NCBI GenBank assembly: GCA_964517155.1
Contig: CAZFAZ010000027.1
Location: 1-36,031, forward strand
DNA from: an uncultured Thermoplasmatales archaeon
Lineage (GTDB): Archaea; Thermoplasmatota; E2; DHVEG-1
Length of the DNA stretch: 36,031 nt
Direction: 5' to 3'
Under the pieces are notes generated by a model. The model was not told the DNA's origin. It saw only the letters and a list, made by a program, of their open reading frames with translations, and ran no database searches. Position 1 is the first letter of the stretch. Every line of letters starts with the position of its first letter. Made by a program: the position numbers and the translations under genes. This document shows, one piece after another, positions 1-7,747 of this stretch.

Positions 1-242
1 ATGTATCCTACTTCTCGTTTAATTTCAACAATGTTGTCTTCTATGTTTTTACCAAAAATATATGCTTCTCCACTTGTTTTAGTAAGATATCCTAAAAGAG
101 TTCTGATTGTTGTAGTCTTACCTGCACCGTTTGGGCCTAAAAAACCAAAAATCTCGCCTTTTTTAACAGTAAAAGTAAGATCCTCTACACCTTTTATTTT
201 ACCATAAAACTTAGTTAGTTTTTTAGTTTCAATAACATTCAC
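1..242 (-). CDS. ABC transporter ATP-binding protein, N-terminal part (runs off window start)
   Basis: Not in ORF track. Manual minus-strand translation from GTG at 242: VNVIETKKLTKFYGKIKGVEDLTFTVKKGEIFGFLGPNGAGKTTTIRTLLG..., with Walker A GPNGAGKTT of ABC-2/DrrA type. Confidence 0.9.
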   Translation of the reverse strand, partial: MNVIETKKLTKFYGKIKGVEDLTFTVKKGEIFGFLGPNGAGKTTTIRTLLGYLTKTSGEAYIFGKNIEDNIVEIKREVGY

Positions 243-271
243 AGTGCATCAATATATAAATCAAAAATTAT

Positions 272-279
272 TATTTAAA
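272..279 (-). promoter_or_regulatory. putative TATA box of the ABC ATPase gene
   Basis: TTTAAATA on the minus strand about 30 nt upstream of the GTG start; AT-rich context limits certainty. Confidence 0.35.
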
Positions 280-285
280 TACTTG

Positions 286-294
286 CTTAGCCGT
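286..294. repeat. left copy of 9-bp target site duplication CTTAGCCGT
   Basis: Identical 9-mer at 1968-1976; each copy directly abuts a terminal inverted repeat. Confidence 0.9.
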
Positions 295-299
295 GGCTT

Positions 300-357
300 T
301 GTGTAAGAAGTAAGGAAAATCACTGACTTTATACACAGACTGGTTACTTTTTACACA
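300..357. repeat. left-end subterminal repeats (consensus ACTTTTTACACA)
   Basis: TGTGTAAGAAGT at 300-311 (inverted copy), ACTTTATACACA at 326-337, ACTTTTTACACA at 346-357. Confidence 0.8.
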
Positions 358-439
358 GAATATTTAATGGGATAATAATGATTCTGCCACAAGAGGGAGG
401 TTTAAATATTAACAACTCTATCGTGTTTTGAGGGAGAAA

Positions 440-874
440 ATGATAAATTACTATGGTATCGGTTCTTGGTGGAAAAGCAGACCACATCAACATTTTGATG
501 AATTTATCGATAACAGAATAGCATGCATTCATGCATCTTTAGATAAACCAACAAACCGTGAAATCGCTAATAGACAAAGGTTTCAAGATGTATTTCGTGG
601 TATTAAGGAAGGGGATATTGTTTATCTTAAATCATTTATAATTCGTAGAAATGAGGTGAGAATAAGAGCAGTAGGCAAAGTGATTCCAAAATCAAAGGAT
701 TGTCAAAGAAATAACGATATATTCTGCATAAATGTCGATTACAACAAGAATCATAAAATCGAAGGCATTGTTGATTTTTTGAATATCGAAGATGGTGTTT
801 CAAGAGATGAGAGAATTTATCAAGAAACTAATCATAAAATCATCAAGATAATAAATGAATTAATGGAAAAATAG
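440..874 (+). CDS. passenger protein, possible EVE/PUA-like nucleic-acid-binding domain (144 aa)
   Basis: ATG at 440 after SD-like GAGGGAG; aromatic N-terminus and IKEGDIVYLK...IRAVGKV pattern typical of EVE/PUA-like folds. The fold call is pattern recognition only. Confidence 0.6.
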   Translation: MINYYGIGSWWKSRPHQHFDEFIDNRIACIHASLDKPTNREIANRQRFQDVFRGIKEGDIVYLKSFIIRRNEVRIRAVGKVIPKSKDCQRNNDIFCINVDYNKNHKIEGIVDFLNIEDGVSRDERIYQETNHKIIKIINELMEK

Positions 875-881
875 AAAGGCA

Positions 882-1126
882 CTAATTATTTCGCATATGG
901 AAATCGGGTTCAATTCCTAATTCGTGCATTTCTTGGATAATCACGCAGATGTTATGACAAATGATTTTACAGAGAACTTCGTTCACCTGTGCCGTCCAGG
1001 TTTTGCTTCTGACAAAATCGCCGAACTTCGATTTTATCATCTGAACGGTACTTTCTGCATTGCTTCGCTTGTGATAATGTTCCAAGAACTCATCGTTTTT
1101 CAGCATGAACAGATAATACATCTTGT
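882..1126 (-). pseudogene. IS5/IS4-type DDE transposase, C-terminal remnant
   Basis: YHKRSNAESTVQMIKSKFG matches the Y-(2)-R-(3)-E-(6)-K signature, followed by RSKTWTAQVNEV. Only about 80 aa remain; both catalytic Asp residues and the DNA-binding N-terminus are missing. The 5' breakpoint is approximate. Confidence 0.85.
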
Positions 1127-1314
1127 CGCAAACAATATCATTCATATACAAAGAAAAATGCTGATAAATGGATTAAAGAACTCGGTGATGTTAAACAATG
1201 TTATAGACTTAAAAAAATCAACAGATGAAAAGAACTGAAAGTATCCTAAAAATCACAAGGTTTTATTTTCGTCAGTTTTAAATGCCATGAAAGCAAAGGC
1301 TAATTAGCGACCCT

Positions 1315-1821
1315 CTATTTGAAAAATTCTTCCGTGTAAATATCAGTCCCATGAAAAGAGAAAGTAAAACGAGCATCACCTGAGTCGAGTTCTCTGTTTT
1401 TACTACCTTCAATAGAAGGACTTTCAGCTACAACTACTATTTTATATTTATCAACCATATCACGATTACGTAGAATTTGAAAATTAAATGTTGCTGTTCC
1501 AGTATCTCCTGAATCTATATAACCGATTGTTTTTGTCTCGAAATCTTCAGTATACCAAGCCCAATCCGAAGAACCAATACTAAAAAGATACGCTTTTACA
1601 CTGATTGTATCTCCTTTGTCACCAACATTTTTTAAATGAACAGTAACGGTGAAGTTAGGAAGATTTTTATTAATATCTACAGAAGTGATTTTCGTATCTG
1701 CCCCCGATGAAGAGTTACTCAATAAAAGAACACCAGCTACTATAATGGCGAGCAATATTATTACAATAAATGGAATCATTAATTTTTTATTGGATATTGG
1801 CTTGGGTAATTTTTCATTCAT
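1315..1821 (-). CDS. passenger protein: N-terminally membrane-anchored beta-sandwich (CARDB/Ig-like) protein
   Basis: 168 aa; basic N-terminus, hydrophobic helix IPFIVIILLAIIVAGVLLL, then FTVTVHLKNVG...IDSGDTGTATFNF CARDB-like pattern; SD AGGGGT. Confidence 0.65.
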   Translation of the reverse strand: MNEKLPKPISNKKLMIPFIVIILLAIIVAGVLLLSNSSSGADTKITSVDINKNLPNFTVTVHLKNVGDKGDTISVKAYLFSIGSSDWAWYTEDFETKTIGYIDSGDTGTATFNFQILRNRDMVDKYKIVVVAESPSIEGSKNRELDSGDARFTFSFHGTDIYTEEFFK

Positions 1822-1912
1822 TCTGTTTACCCCTTTATCATACGAATAACACTTTTTCCTTTAAAAACTTATCATTTTAATTGTAAAATAAGGAATTTAA
1901 AATGTGTATGAG

Positions 1913-1962
1913 ACTTTTTACACAGAATCCTTACTTTTTACACAAGTGCCACTATTTACACA
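1913..1962. repeat. right-end subterminal repeats (3 direct copies of ACTTTTTACACA)
   Basis: Copies at 1913-1924, 1933-1944 and 1951-1962 (ACTATTTACACA); periods of 20 and 18 bp. Confidence 0.8.
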
Positions 1963-1967
1963 AAGCC

Positions 1968-1976
1968 CTTAGCCGT
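1968..1976. repeat. right copy of 9-bp target site duplication CTTAGCCGT
   Basis: Identical to 286-294. Confidence 0.9.
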
Positions 1977-1981
1977 TTAAT

Positions 1982-2008
1982 AAAAAAAAAGAGAGAGGGG
2001 GGGAGAGA
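1982..2008 (-). terminator. putative pyrimidine-rich/oligo-U archaeal terminator of the receiver gene
   Basis: Minus strand reads a pure C/T tract ending in T9, about 25 nt after the stop at 2033. Confidence 0.45.
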
Positions 2009-2032
2009 TGTGAACCTAACAAAATAATAATT

Positions 2033-2416
2033 TTAACTAGCAACAATATTATTTACATTTGTAACTAGTTGCCTAACATCAAAGGGTTTAGTAATATAAT
2101 CATAAATATACGGCTGAAGACCTTTCAGTTTCTCATGATCTGCGGTTCCTTTTGCAGTAAGAATAGATATTACAACATTTTTTGTAAGTCCCTTATTTTT
2201 AATTTCTTCGATAGTATCCCAACCATCCATAAAAGGCATCATGATATCCATAAGTACTATGCCGCTAAAACCGCGCTCTAACTCTTTAATGCAGTCCATA
2301 CCACTATCAACTGTGAAGACTTCATATCCTTCTCTTTCAAATATTTTCCTGATGCTTATAAGGATATCCGGGTCATCATCCACAATCATAATTTTCTTTT
2401 CCATACCATCAACCAC
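2033..2416 (-). CDS. stand-alone response regulator receiver (CheY-like)
   Basis: IMIVDDDP, phosphoacceptor in LMDIMMP, LTAK and YITKPF motifs; start may be ATG at 2404. Confidence 0.93.
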   Translation of the reverse strand: MVDGMEKKIMIVDDDPDILISIRKIFEREGYEVFTVDSGMDCIKELERGFSGIVLMDIMMPFMDGWDTIEEIKNKGLTKNVVISILTAKGTADHEKLKGLQPYIYDYITKPFDVRQLVTNVNNIVAS

Positions 2417-2499
2417 TAAGTTATACTTTTCACATTTCTAGTATAAATACTTATCGAGGTAAAATTACAATATGGAAAAAAACAAAAAATGCAAAAATA

Positions 2500-3249
2500 T
2501 CACATTTTCTCTTTAAAGACAATATCGCTTAAAAATCCTATTTCTTCAGGAGACAGATTATCAACTCTTTTATCATCAAATAATTTATTATTTAAATACA
2601 AATCATACTTATCTTTTATAATATTTTTAATCTTTTTACGCCTATGTGAAAACAAAACATTTACAAAATTTTTGAAAAACTCTTCATTTTCAACGCAAAA
2701 AGCAGGAATCTTTCTTGGGACAAGCTTAATTACCGCAGAATCAACCTTGGGAACAGGATTAAATACTTTTTTAGAAACAACTTTTAAAAGACTGCATTCT
2801 GCCTTATAATAAATATTTACAGATAACCTAGAATATTTTTTACTGCCATGTTTTGCAATCATTCTTTCGGCAAACTCTTTCTGATAAATCAATACTGCTA
2901 AATCAAAACTATGCTCAAGAAGTTTAAATGTAAAAGGTGAAGATATCTGATAAGGTAAATTTGAAACAACCTTATTAAACCTAGGCAGCTTTTCAAAATC
3001 AAGCTTTAAAATATCATTATTAATCAAAGTTACATTTGACGGCAAAATCTTTTCAAGTGATTCTACAAGATTTTTATCTATTTCAACTGCAATTACTCTT
3101 TTTGCGCTCTTGGCAAGAAACCTTGTAAGAATACCTTTACCAGGTCCTACCTCAAGAACAATATCATTTTTTGATATATCTGCATATTTTACTTCAAGCC
3201 TGGCAATATTTTCATCAATTAAAAAATTCTGACCAAGTTTACTTTTCAT
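2500..3249 (-). CDS. rsmA: 16S rRNA adenine dimethyltransferase RsmA/KsgA/Dim1
   Basis: LGQNFL, VLEVGPGKG, NLPYQISSP, QKEFAERM, PVPKVDS; start moved to MKSKLGQ (ATG 3249). Confidence 0.96.
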   Translation of the reverse strand: MKSKLGQNFLIDENIARLEVKYADISKNDIVLEVGPGKGILTRFLAKSAKRVIAVEIDKNLVESLEKILPSNVTLINNDILKLDFEKLPRFNKVVSNLPYQISSPFTFKLLEHSFDLAVLIYQKEFAERMIAKHGSKKYSRLSVNIYYKAECSLLKVVSKKVFNPVPKVDSAVIKLVPRKIPAFCVENEEFFKNFVNVLFSHRRKKIKNIIKDKYDLYLNNKLFDDKRVDNLSPEEIGFLSDIVFKEKM

Positions 3250-3250
3250 A

Positions 3251-3820
3251 CTAATAATAACCTTTTGCGATAGGAGGTCTTGTAAACAAACGATATTTCT
3301 GCTCAGGGTCAGTAAGCTCAAGCTCTACCCTTTTTGCGATAAGTTTATCAGGAGCTCTAAGAAAATCAATTCTATCACACATCTCTTTAAAACTTTCAAA
3401 AGGTTTTTTCTTGCGCTCATCAAGTATATCATGCATCATTTTTTTACCAAGACCTGGTAAAAGCTCAAGTACATGAAAACGCGTGGAAATTGCTGGGGCT
3501 TCATTAAAAAACTTTAGAAATCTTTCTTTTTGATCATTAACCATATCTAGTAATACATATGGTAATTCGCCATGTGCTGTAGAAGTCATATCATCATAGT
3601 TAATTCTACCTTTGATTTTGGCGATTTTCTTTCTAAGAATAGGATCTTTTCCAACAAATATACGCTCACCAATCGTAAAACTTGCGTCTTTTTTTGGTAC
3701 AAGCTCTAAAAGTGTAAACTGGTTTTCACCAATGCTGTAAACCGTTGGAAACCTTTTATGCGGAGGTAAATCTCCTCTTCCTTTAGGTAGATAATCTAAA
3801 ACGTATACATAATCCTCCAC
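3251..3820 (-). CDS. DUF655 putative RNA-binding protein (OB fold plus HhH)
   Basis: VLDYLP, GENQFTLLEL, HVLELLPGLGKK; conserved position between rpoF and ksgA. Confidence 0.92.
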   Translation of the reverse strand: MEDYVYVLDYLPKGRGDLPPHKRFPTVYSIGENQFTLLELVPKKDASFTIGERIFVGKDPILRKKIAKIKGRINYDDMTSTAHGELPYVLLDMVNDQKERFLKFFNEAPAISTRFHVLELLPGLGKKMMHDILDERKKKPFESFKEMCDRIDFLRAPDKLIAKRVELELTDPEQKYRLFTRPPIAKGYY

Positions 3821-3846
3821 ATTTAAACCCCCTTTTTATCTTCTTT

Positions 3847-4188
3847 TTATTCTATATTATATTTTGCAACTATCTCAAGTATTTTTTTAATTTCATTTCC
3901 TGTTATTGTTATTCTTTCTTTTGCAAATATTGTTCTTACATCATCTTCTGTTTTTGGTAAAATATCTGCTATTTTTACGGCGCTTATCTCGTTTATATCT
4001 TTAACTTCTAATAACTCTTTAATCATATCTTCTGTTTTTTTAACAGGTAATTTTACAAATTTAGTTGCATGCTCAAGAGCAATCTTCTGCTCATAAAGCA
4101 TTTCTTTTCTCTCTTTACTTACTTTTTTAAGAATATGTTTAACTTCTGAAAGTGTAACAGGTTTGATCATTTGATCATTTGATTCCAA
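3847..4188 (-). CDS. rpoF: RNA polymerase subunit F (Rpo4)
   Basis: VTLSEVK, YEQKIALEHA, KIADILPKTEDDVRTIF; TTG start; conserved operon context. Confidence 0.92.
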   Translation of the reverse strand: MESNDQMIKPVTLSEVKHILKKVSKERKEMLYEQKIALEHATKFVKLPVKKTEDMIKELLEVKDINEISAVKIADILPKTEDDVRTIFAKERITITGNEIKKILEIVAKYNIE

Positions 4189-4189
4189 T

Positions 4190-4483
4190 TTACTGCACTC
4201 TCCTTAAATGATCAGGTTTTATGATTAGTATCTTGTGTTTTTTACCATCGTTTATTCCAACAAGATACGATTCTCCTTGTTTGCCTTCCACTTTGCCAGT
4301 ATATCCATGGAAACGAATATGTGGCATGCCTTTGTGAACTGCTGGATCTATTACAATATTTACACTTTCTCCTTCTACAAACTCTTGAAGTGCTCTTGTA
4401 ATTGATTTTAAACCCTTGTTTCTTGGTTTTTTCTTAAGTATCTGTCTACTTTTACTTCTTATTCCCTTGGATCTTTTTACCAA
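4190..4483 (-). CDS. rpl21e: 50S ribosomal protein L21e
   Basis: SKGIRSKSR, IDPAVHKGMPHIRFHGYTG; TTG start. Confidence 0.96.
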   Translation of the reverse strand: MVKRSKGIRSKSRQILKKKPRNKGLKSITRALQEFVEGESVNIVIDPAVHKGMPHIRFHGYTGKVEGKQGESYLVGINDGKKHKILIIKPDHLRRVQ

Positions 4484-4486
4484 TCT

Positions 4487-5716
4487 TTATTCCCCCTTGA
4501 TCTCTATTACGTCAAGTTCAACGACTTTACAGGGTGAACCAATTATCTCTGTGATACTAGGCTTTGTTCTTCCATTATCGCCTGTTACTAGTTCCTTTAT
4601 GTAGGTGCCAGATTCGGTTTCCAATGAAAGTATTGCAATAGTATCTTCTACAGATTCAACTATGCAACTATATATATGCTTTTCTCTAACCATATCAGCT
4701 CGTCTATGAGCCACTCTTAATGGTGTTAATTGGTTAATATTTAAGCCCTGTAATGAAGATGTCACCTTTTTAAGTTTTTCGCTATTTAAAATAGTATCTG
4801 ATTTTATAACAACCCTATATCTTTTTCTAAAACCAGCGTTTTTAATTCTTGCAATTTCATCACGATTTGAAAATTTAAGATTATCAATTTGGATAAAACC
4901 TTTATTTGAACTATTTATTTTCTCTTTTAACTCATCTAAGTTAATACTTCTAATCTTTGGATTTTTGATTTCTAAAACAAAAGGCCGTCCGGTGCCAAGC
5001 ATACGAACATCTACATCTTCTCTACCGGCTCCATGAAATGACTCATCAGTTCCTTTTGTAGCCTTTAATATTTCTTTAGAAACAAGTACTTCAACACTGT
5101 TTTCATATATTTTACCAGTATAATTGCATTTTCTGCAGCCTTTGCCATAACATATTTTACAAAACCATTTTGTCTGAGGCATATCCCTTGTATATTTTTT
5201 GTATCTGCCATAGATAAACAATGATGCAATCTGAAGATTTATTAAATCAAAAGAAGTATCTAAAATAACCATAATATCAGGCTTTTCAAAATCAACAAGT
5301 TTATCTAGTTTTTTTTCTAGTTTTAAACCAATGTTTCTATTAAGTTCATTTTTAATACTCTCAGAATACTCAGATTTTGTAAGAGTGATAAGTTCGTTTT
5401 CTTTTTCAATTATATCTTCATCAATTTTACAGCCAATTAAAAAAGTATTAAACTCATAACCTTTTAAAGAATCTAAAATTAATTTACAGAAATGATCAAC
5501 TTCATCAGATAAACCTTGGCATAATTCGCAATCAGCAGATTTTATTTTTTTATTAAAACCTGCTTTTTTTCTTAGATAACCTCCTATATCTTTGTTTGAA
5601 ACACCTTTTTTTGCCTTTGTAAAAAATCTTCCTAAGCATTTATCGCATAAATCATGCTCTGAAAGTATTTTTTCAGTCGTTTCTAATATGTTTTTGTTAT
5701 CTAATATATCTATCAT
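4487..5716 (-). CDS. pus10: tRNA pseudouridine(54/55) synthase Pus10
   Basis: LCDKCLGR, GRYKK..RDMPQTKW, catalytic FHGAGREDVDVRMLG, GTYIKEL. Confidence 0.96.
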   Translation of the reverse strand: MIDILDNKNILETTEKILSEHDLCDKCLGRFFTKAKKGVSNKDIGGYLRKKAGFNKKIKSADCELCQGLSDEVDHFCKLILDSLKGYEFNTFLIGCKIDEDIIEKENELITLTKSEYSESIKNELNRNIGLKLEKKLDKLVDFEKPDIMVILDTSFDLINLQIASLFIYGRYKKYTRDMPQTKWFCKICYGKGCRKCNYTGKIYENSVEVLVSKEILKATKGTDESFHGAGREDVDVRMLGTGRPFVLEIKNPKIRSINLDELKEKINSSNKGFIQIDNLKFSNRDEIARIKNAGFRKRYRVVIKSDTILNSEKLKKVTSSLQGLNINQLTPLRVAHRRADMVREKHIYSCIVESVEDTIAILSLETESGTYIKELVTGDNGRTKPSITEIIGSPCKVVELDVIEIKGE

Positions 5717-5769
5717 TTTCTAAGAGCAGATAAAAACAGGTCTATTTTAAATATTGTCTTTGAAAAAAG

Positions 5770-5925
5770 TTATTTTTCAATCCATAGCTTATAAACAATA
5801 AAAACTAATGAAATAAATAAGATAACTGTAACAGGCCAAATACTAGGACTTACACCAACTGTATATGTTAAGGATAAAAAGAAAAAAATTGCAACAAACA
5901 ATGTAATAATATCTCTATATTTCAT
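5770..5925 (-). CDS. small 2-TM membrane protein (51 aa), not in ORF track
   Basis: MKYRDIITLFVAIFFFLSLTYTVGVSPSIWPVTVILFISLVFIVYKLWIEK; GTGAT SD-like motif upstream; fills the intergenic gap. Confidence 0.6.
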   Translation of the reverse strand: MKYRDIITLFVAIFFFLSLTYTVGVSPSIWPVTVILFISLVFIVYKLWIEK

Positions 5926-6039
5926 GTATAATCACATAAAAGTATTTGCTTGCCAAATATAAAATGTTTCTTTTTAGTAACTTTTTTAATGCAAAATAGT
6001 ATTCAAGGTAAAAAACCTTTTTGAAGGGAGGTAAAATTT

Positions 6040-7341
6040 ATGGTAGAAGTCTTTCCATTTAATGGTATAACCTACAACAAAGAAAAAATAAAAAAATTAG
6101 ATGATGTAATGTCACCACCATATGATATAATCTCTGAAGAGCAACAAGAAGAGCTGTATAACAAACATTCTAAAAACTATGTAAGATTAATATTAAACAA
6201 AATAAAACAAACTGACGATGATAAAGACAATAGATATACAAGAGCAAAAAAACTTTATGACGAATGGCTTGATGATATAACACTTATAAAATCTGATAAA
6301 CCGGCTATTTTTGCATATAAAATAGATTATGAACTTGAAAAAAGTAAAAAAACAATGAATGGTTTTTTTGTTTTATTAAAAATAGATCCAGAATACAAGC
6401 TTGTTAAAGCACATGAAAAAACACTTTCTAAGCCAAAAGCAGATAGATTAAACCTTATGCGTGCGTGTAAATCAAATCTTGAGCCGATACAGTTATTATA
6501 TATCGATGAAAAAGACAAAATTAGAAAAGCAATTGACAAAACTATAAAGACGCCAATAATTGATGTAAAAGGTTACGATGGATTCAAACATAGACTTTGG
6601 AAGGTAGATGATAAAGAAACAATTTCAGTTATACAAAATCAACTAAAAGATGAAATATTATTTATTGCAGATGGACATCATAGATATCAGACTGCTATAA
6701 ACTATGCAAATGAAATGAAAGAAAAAACAGGTGATAAAAGCAGTTCTGCACCGTTTAATTTTATTATGGTTATTCTTGCAAACATGTTTGATGAAGGTTT
6801 ATCAATTCTGCCGACTCATAGATTTATCAAAAAAAGCAATGTTGATATTAAAGATTCTTTAGACAAACTAAAAAAATATTTTACAGTTGAAGAAAAAACA
6901 GTTGATGCAGAAGAGGTACATGCTGTTAGTAAAAAGATTATGATAGATATTAAAACAAAAGATAAACATAAGTTTGCATTGTATACAAAAGATAAATATT
7001 ATGTTTTAACTTTAAAAGATGAAAAAGTAATGGACGAATTTGCATTTGATAGGTCAAAGACCTGGCGTACGCTTGATGTATCCATTCTTCATAAAATTGT
7101 TTTAGAAGAGATACTGAGTATAACTCAGGATAATCTTGAGGATCATGTAAAGTACACTCGTGTTGATGACGAGGCTGTAAAATTTGTAAACCAAGGAAAA
7201 TATGATTTTTCAGTTTTAATGAATGCAACAAAAATAAATGAGCTTAAAGCTATTGCTGATGCTGGGGAGCATATGCCTCAGAAATCTACTTATTTTCTCC
7301 CTAAGATGCTTTCAGGGCTTGTTTCTTATAAAATGGATTAA
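6040..7341 (+). CDS. DUF1015 family protein (ParB/sulfiredoxin-like)
   Basis: SPPYDII, HEKT, IADGHHRY, MPQKSTYFLPK..SGL; SD GGAGGT. Confidence 0.92.
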   Translation: MVEVFPFNGITYNKEKIKKLDDVMSPPYDIISEEQQEELYNKHSKNYVRLILNKIKQTDDDKDNRYTRAKKLYDEWLDDITLIKSDKPAIFAYKIDYELEKSKKTMNGFFVLLKIDPEYKLVKAHEKTLSKPKADRLNLMRACKSNLEPIQLLYIDEKDKIRKAIDKTIKTPIIDVKGYDGFKHRLWKVDDKETISVIQNQLKDEILFIADGHHRYQTAINYANEMKEKTGDKSSSAPFNFIMVILANMFDEGLSILPTHRFIKKSNVDIKDSLDKLKKYFTVEEKTVDAEEVHAVSKKIMIDIKTKDKHKFALYTKDKYYVLTLKDEKVMDEFAFDRSKTWRTLDVSILHKIVLEEILSITQDNLEDHVKYTRVDDEAVKFVNQGKYDFSVLMNATKINELKAIADAGEHMPQKSTYFLPKMLSGLVSYKMD

Positions 7342-7515
7342 AAATATATTTTTTCCAATTTATTTTATTTATAAAATTTGTTGTATAATTTTAATTATTT
7401 TTTCATTTTGACGTTTTTACTGAAAAGTATTAAATATTAGTAATGACAAATAATAACATGATATAGACTAACTATATCACTGTTAACCTTTTATTATAAA
7501 AGAGGTGAATTAAAA

Positions 7516-7575
7516 ATGTGTGAAAATATTGATCTAAATGTTTTTTCTTCTATGAATGTGGTGGTGAAAAAGTAA
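7516..7575 (+). CDS. 19-aa putative leader peptide
   Basis: MCENIDLNVFSSMNVVVKK preceded by a strong SD, GAGGTGA (7502-7508). Confidence 0.45.
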   Translation: MCENIDLNVFSSMNVVVKK

Positions 7576-7686
7576 ATGTCGGCCATGGTTATTATATTAA
7601 TAGGATTTATGGCTGGTTTAATGACTATGGCTACAGCAAGCGTATATAAATGGGCATTAAAATATTTCAATGAAGGATTCAAATAA
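7576..7686 (+). CDS. 36-aa single-TM hydrophobic peptide
   Basis: MSAMVIILIGFMAGLMTMATASVYKWALKYFNEGFK; ATG directly follows the upstream TAA; SD-like GTGGTGA inside the upstream ORF; basic/aromatic C-terminal tail. Confidence 0.6.
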   Translation: MSAMVIILIGFMAGLMTMATASVYKWALKYFNEGFK

Positions 7687-7747
7687 AAGCCATTAATTAT
7701 TTTATAAAAAGATATAAAGAAAAAAAAGAAAAATTATTTTGTTTTAT

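Larger units (their letters stand above)
295..1967. mobile_element. non-autonomous IS5-family (IS903-group-like) transposon carrying passenger genes
   Basis: Perfect 12-bp TIR GGCTTTGTGTAA (295-306) / TTACACAAAGCC (1956-1967), 9-bp direct repeat outside both ends, internal DDE transposase remnant. GGCTTTGT termini and a 9-bp TSD are IS903 hallmarks. Confidence 0.88.

Noticed and set aside
1..207. 68-aa + strand ORF
   Set aside because: Antisense shadow of the ABC ATPase on the minus strand, which carries the Walker A motif.
924..1238. 104-aa + strand ORF
   Set aside because: Mostly antisense to the transposase remnant and crosses the deletion junction; no SD or recognisable motif.
1913..1962. 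Tandem 12-bp repeats as a mini-CRISPR
   Set aside because: Repeats and 6-8 bp gaps are far too short, there are no cas genes, and transposon ends explain them.
295..1967. Tn7-like or casposon identity for the element
   Set aside because: Ends start GGC rather than TGT, the TSD is 9 bp rather than 5, and there are no TnsABC, Cas1 or PolB genes; the remnant is a YREK-type DDE transposase.
3250..3321. N-terminal extension of RsmA in the ORF track
   Set aside because: Overlaps the DUF655 gene; family similarity starts at MKSKLGQNFL.
7494..7682. 62-aa minus-strand ORF
   Set aside because: The + strand has two SD-equipped ORFs here; the minus frame has a TTG start and no evident SD.
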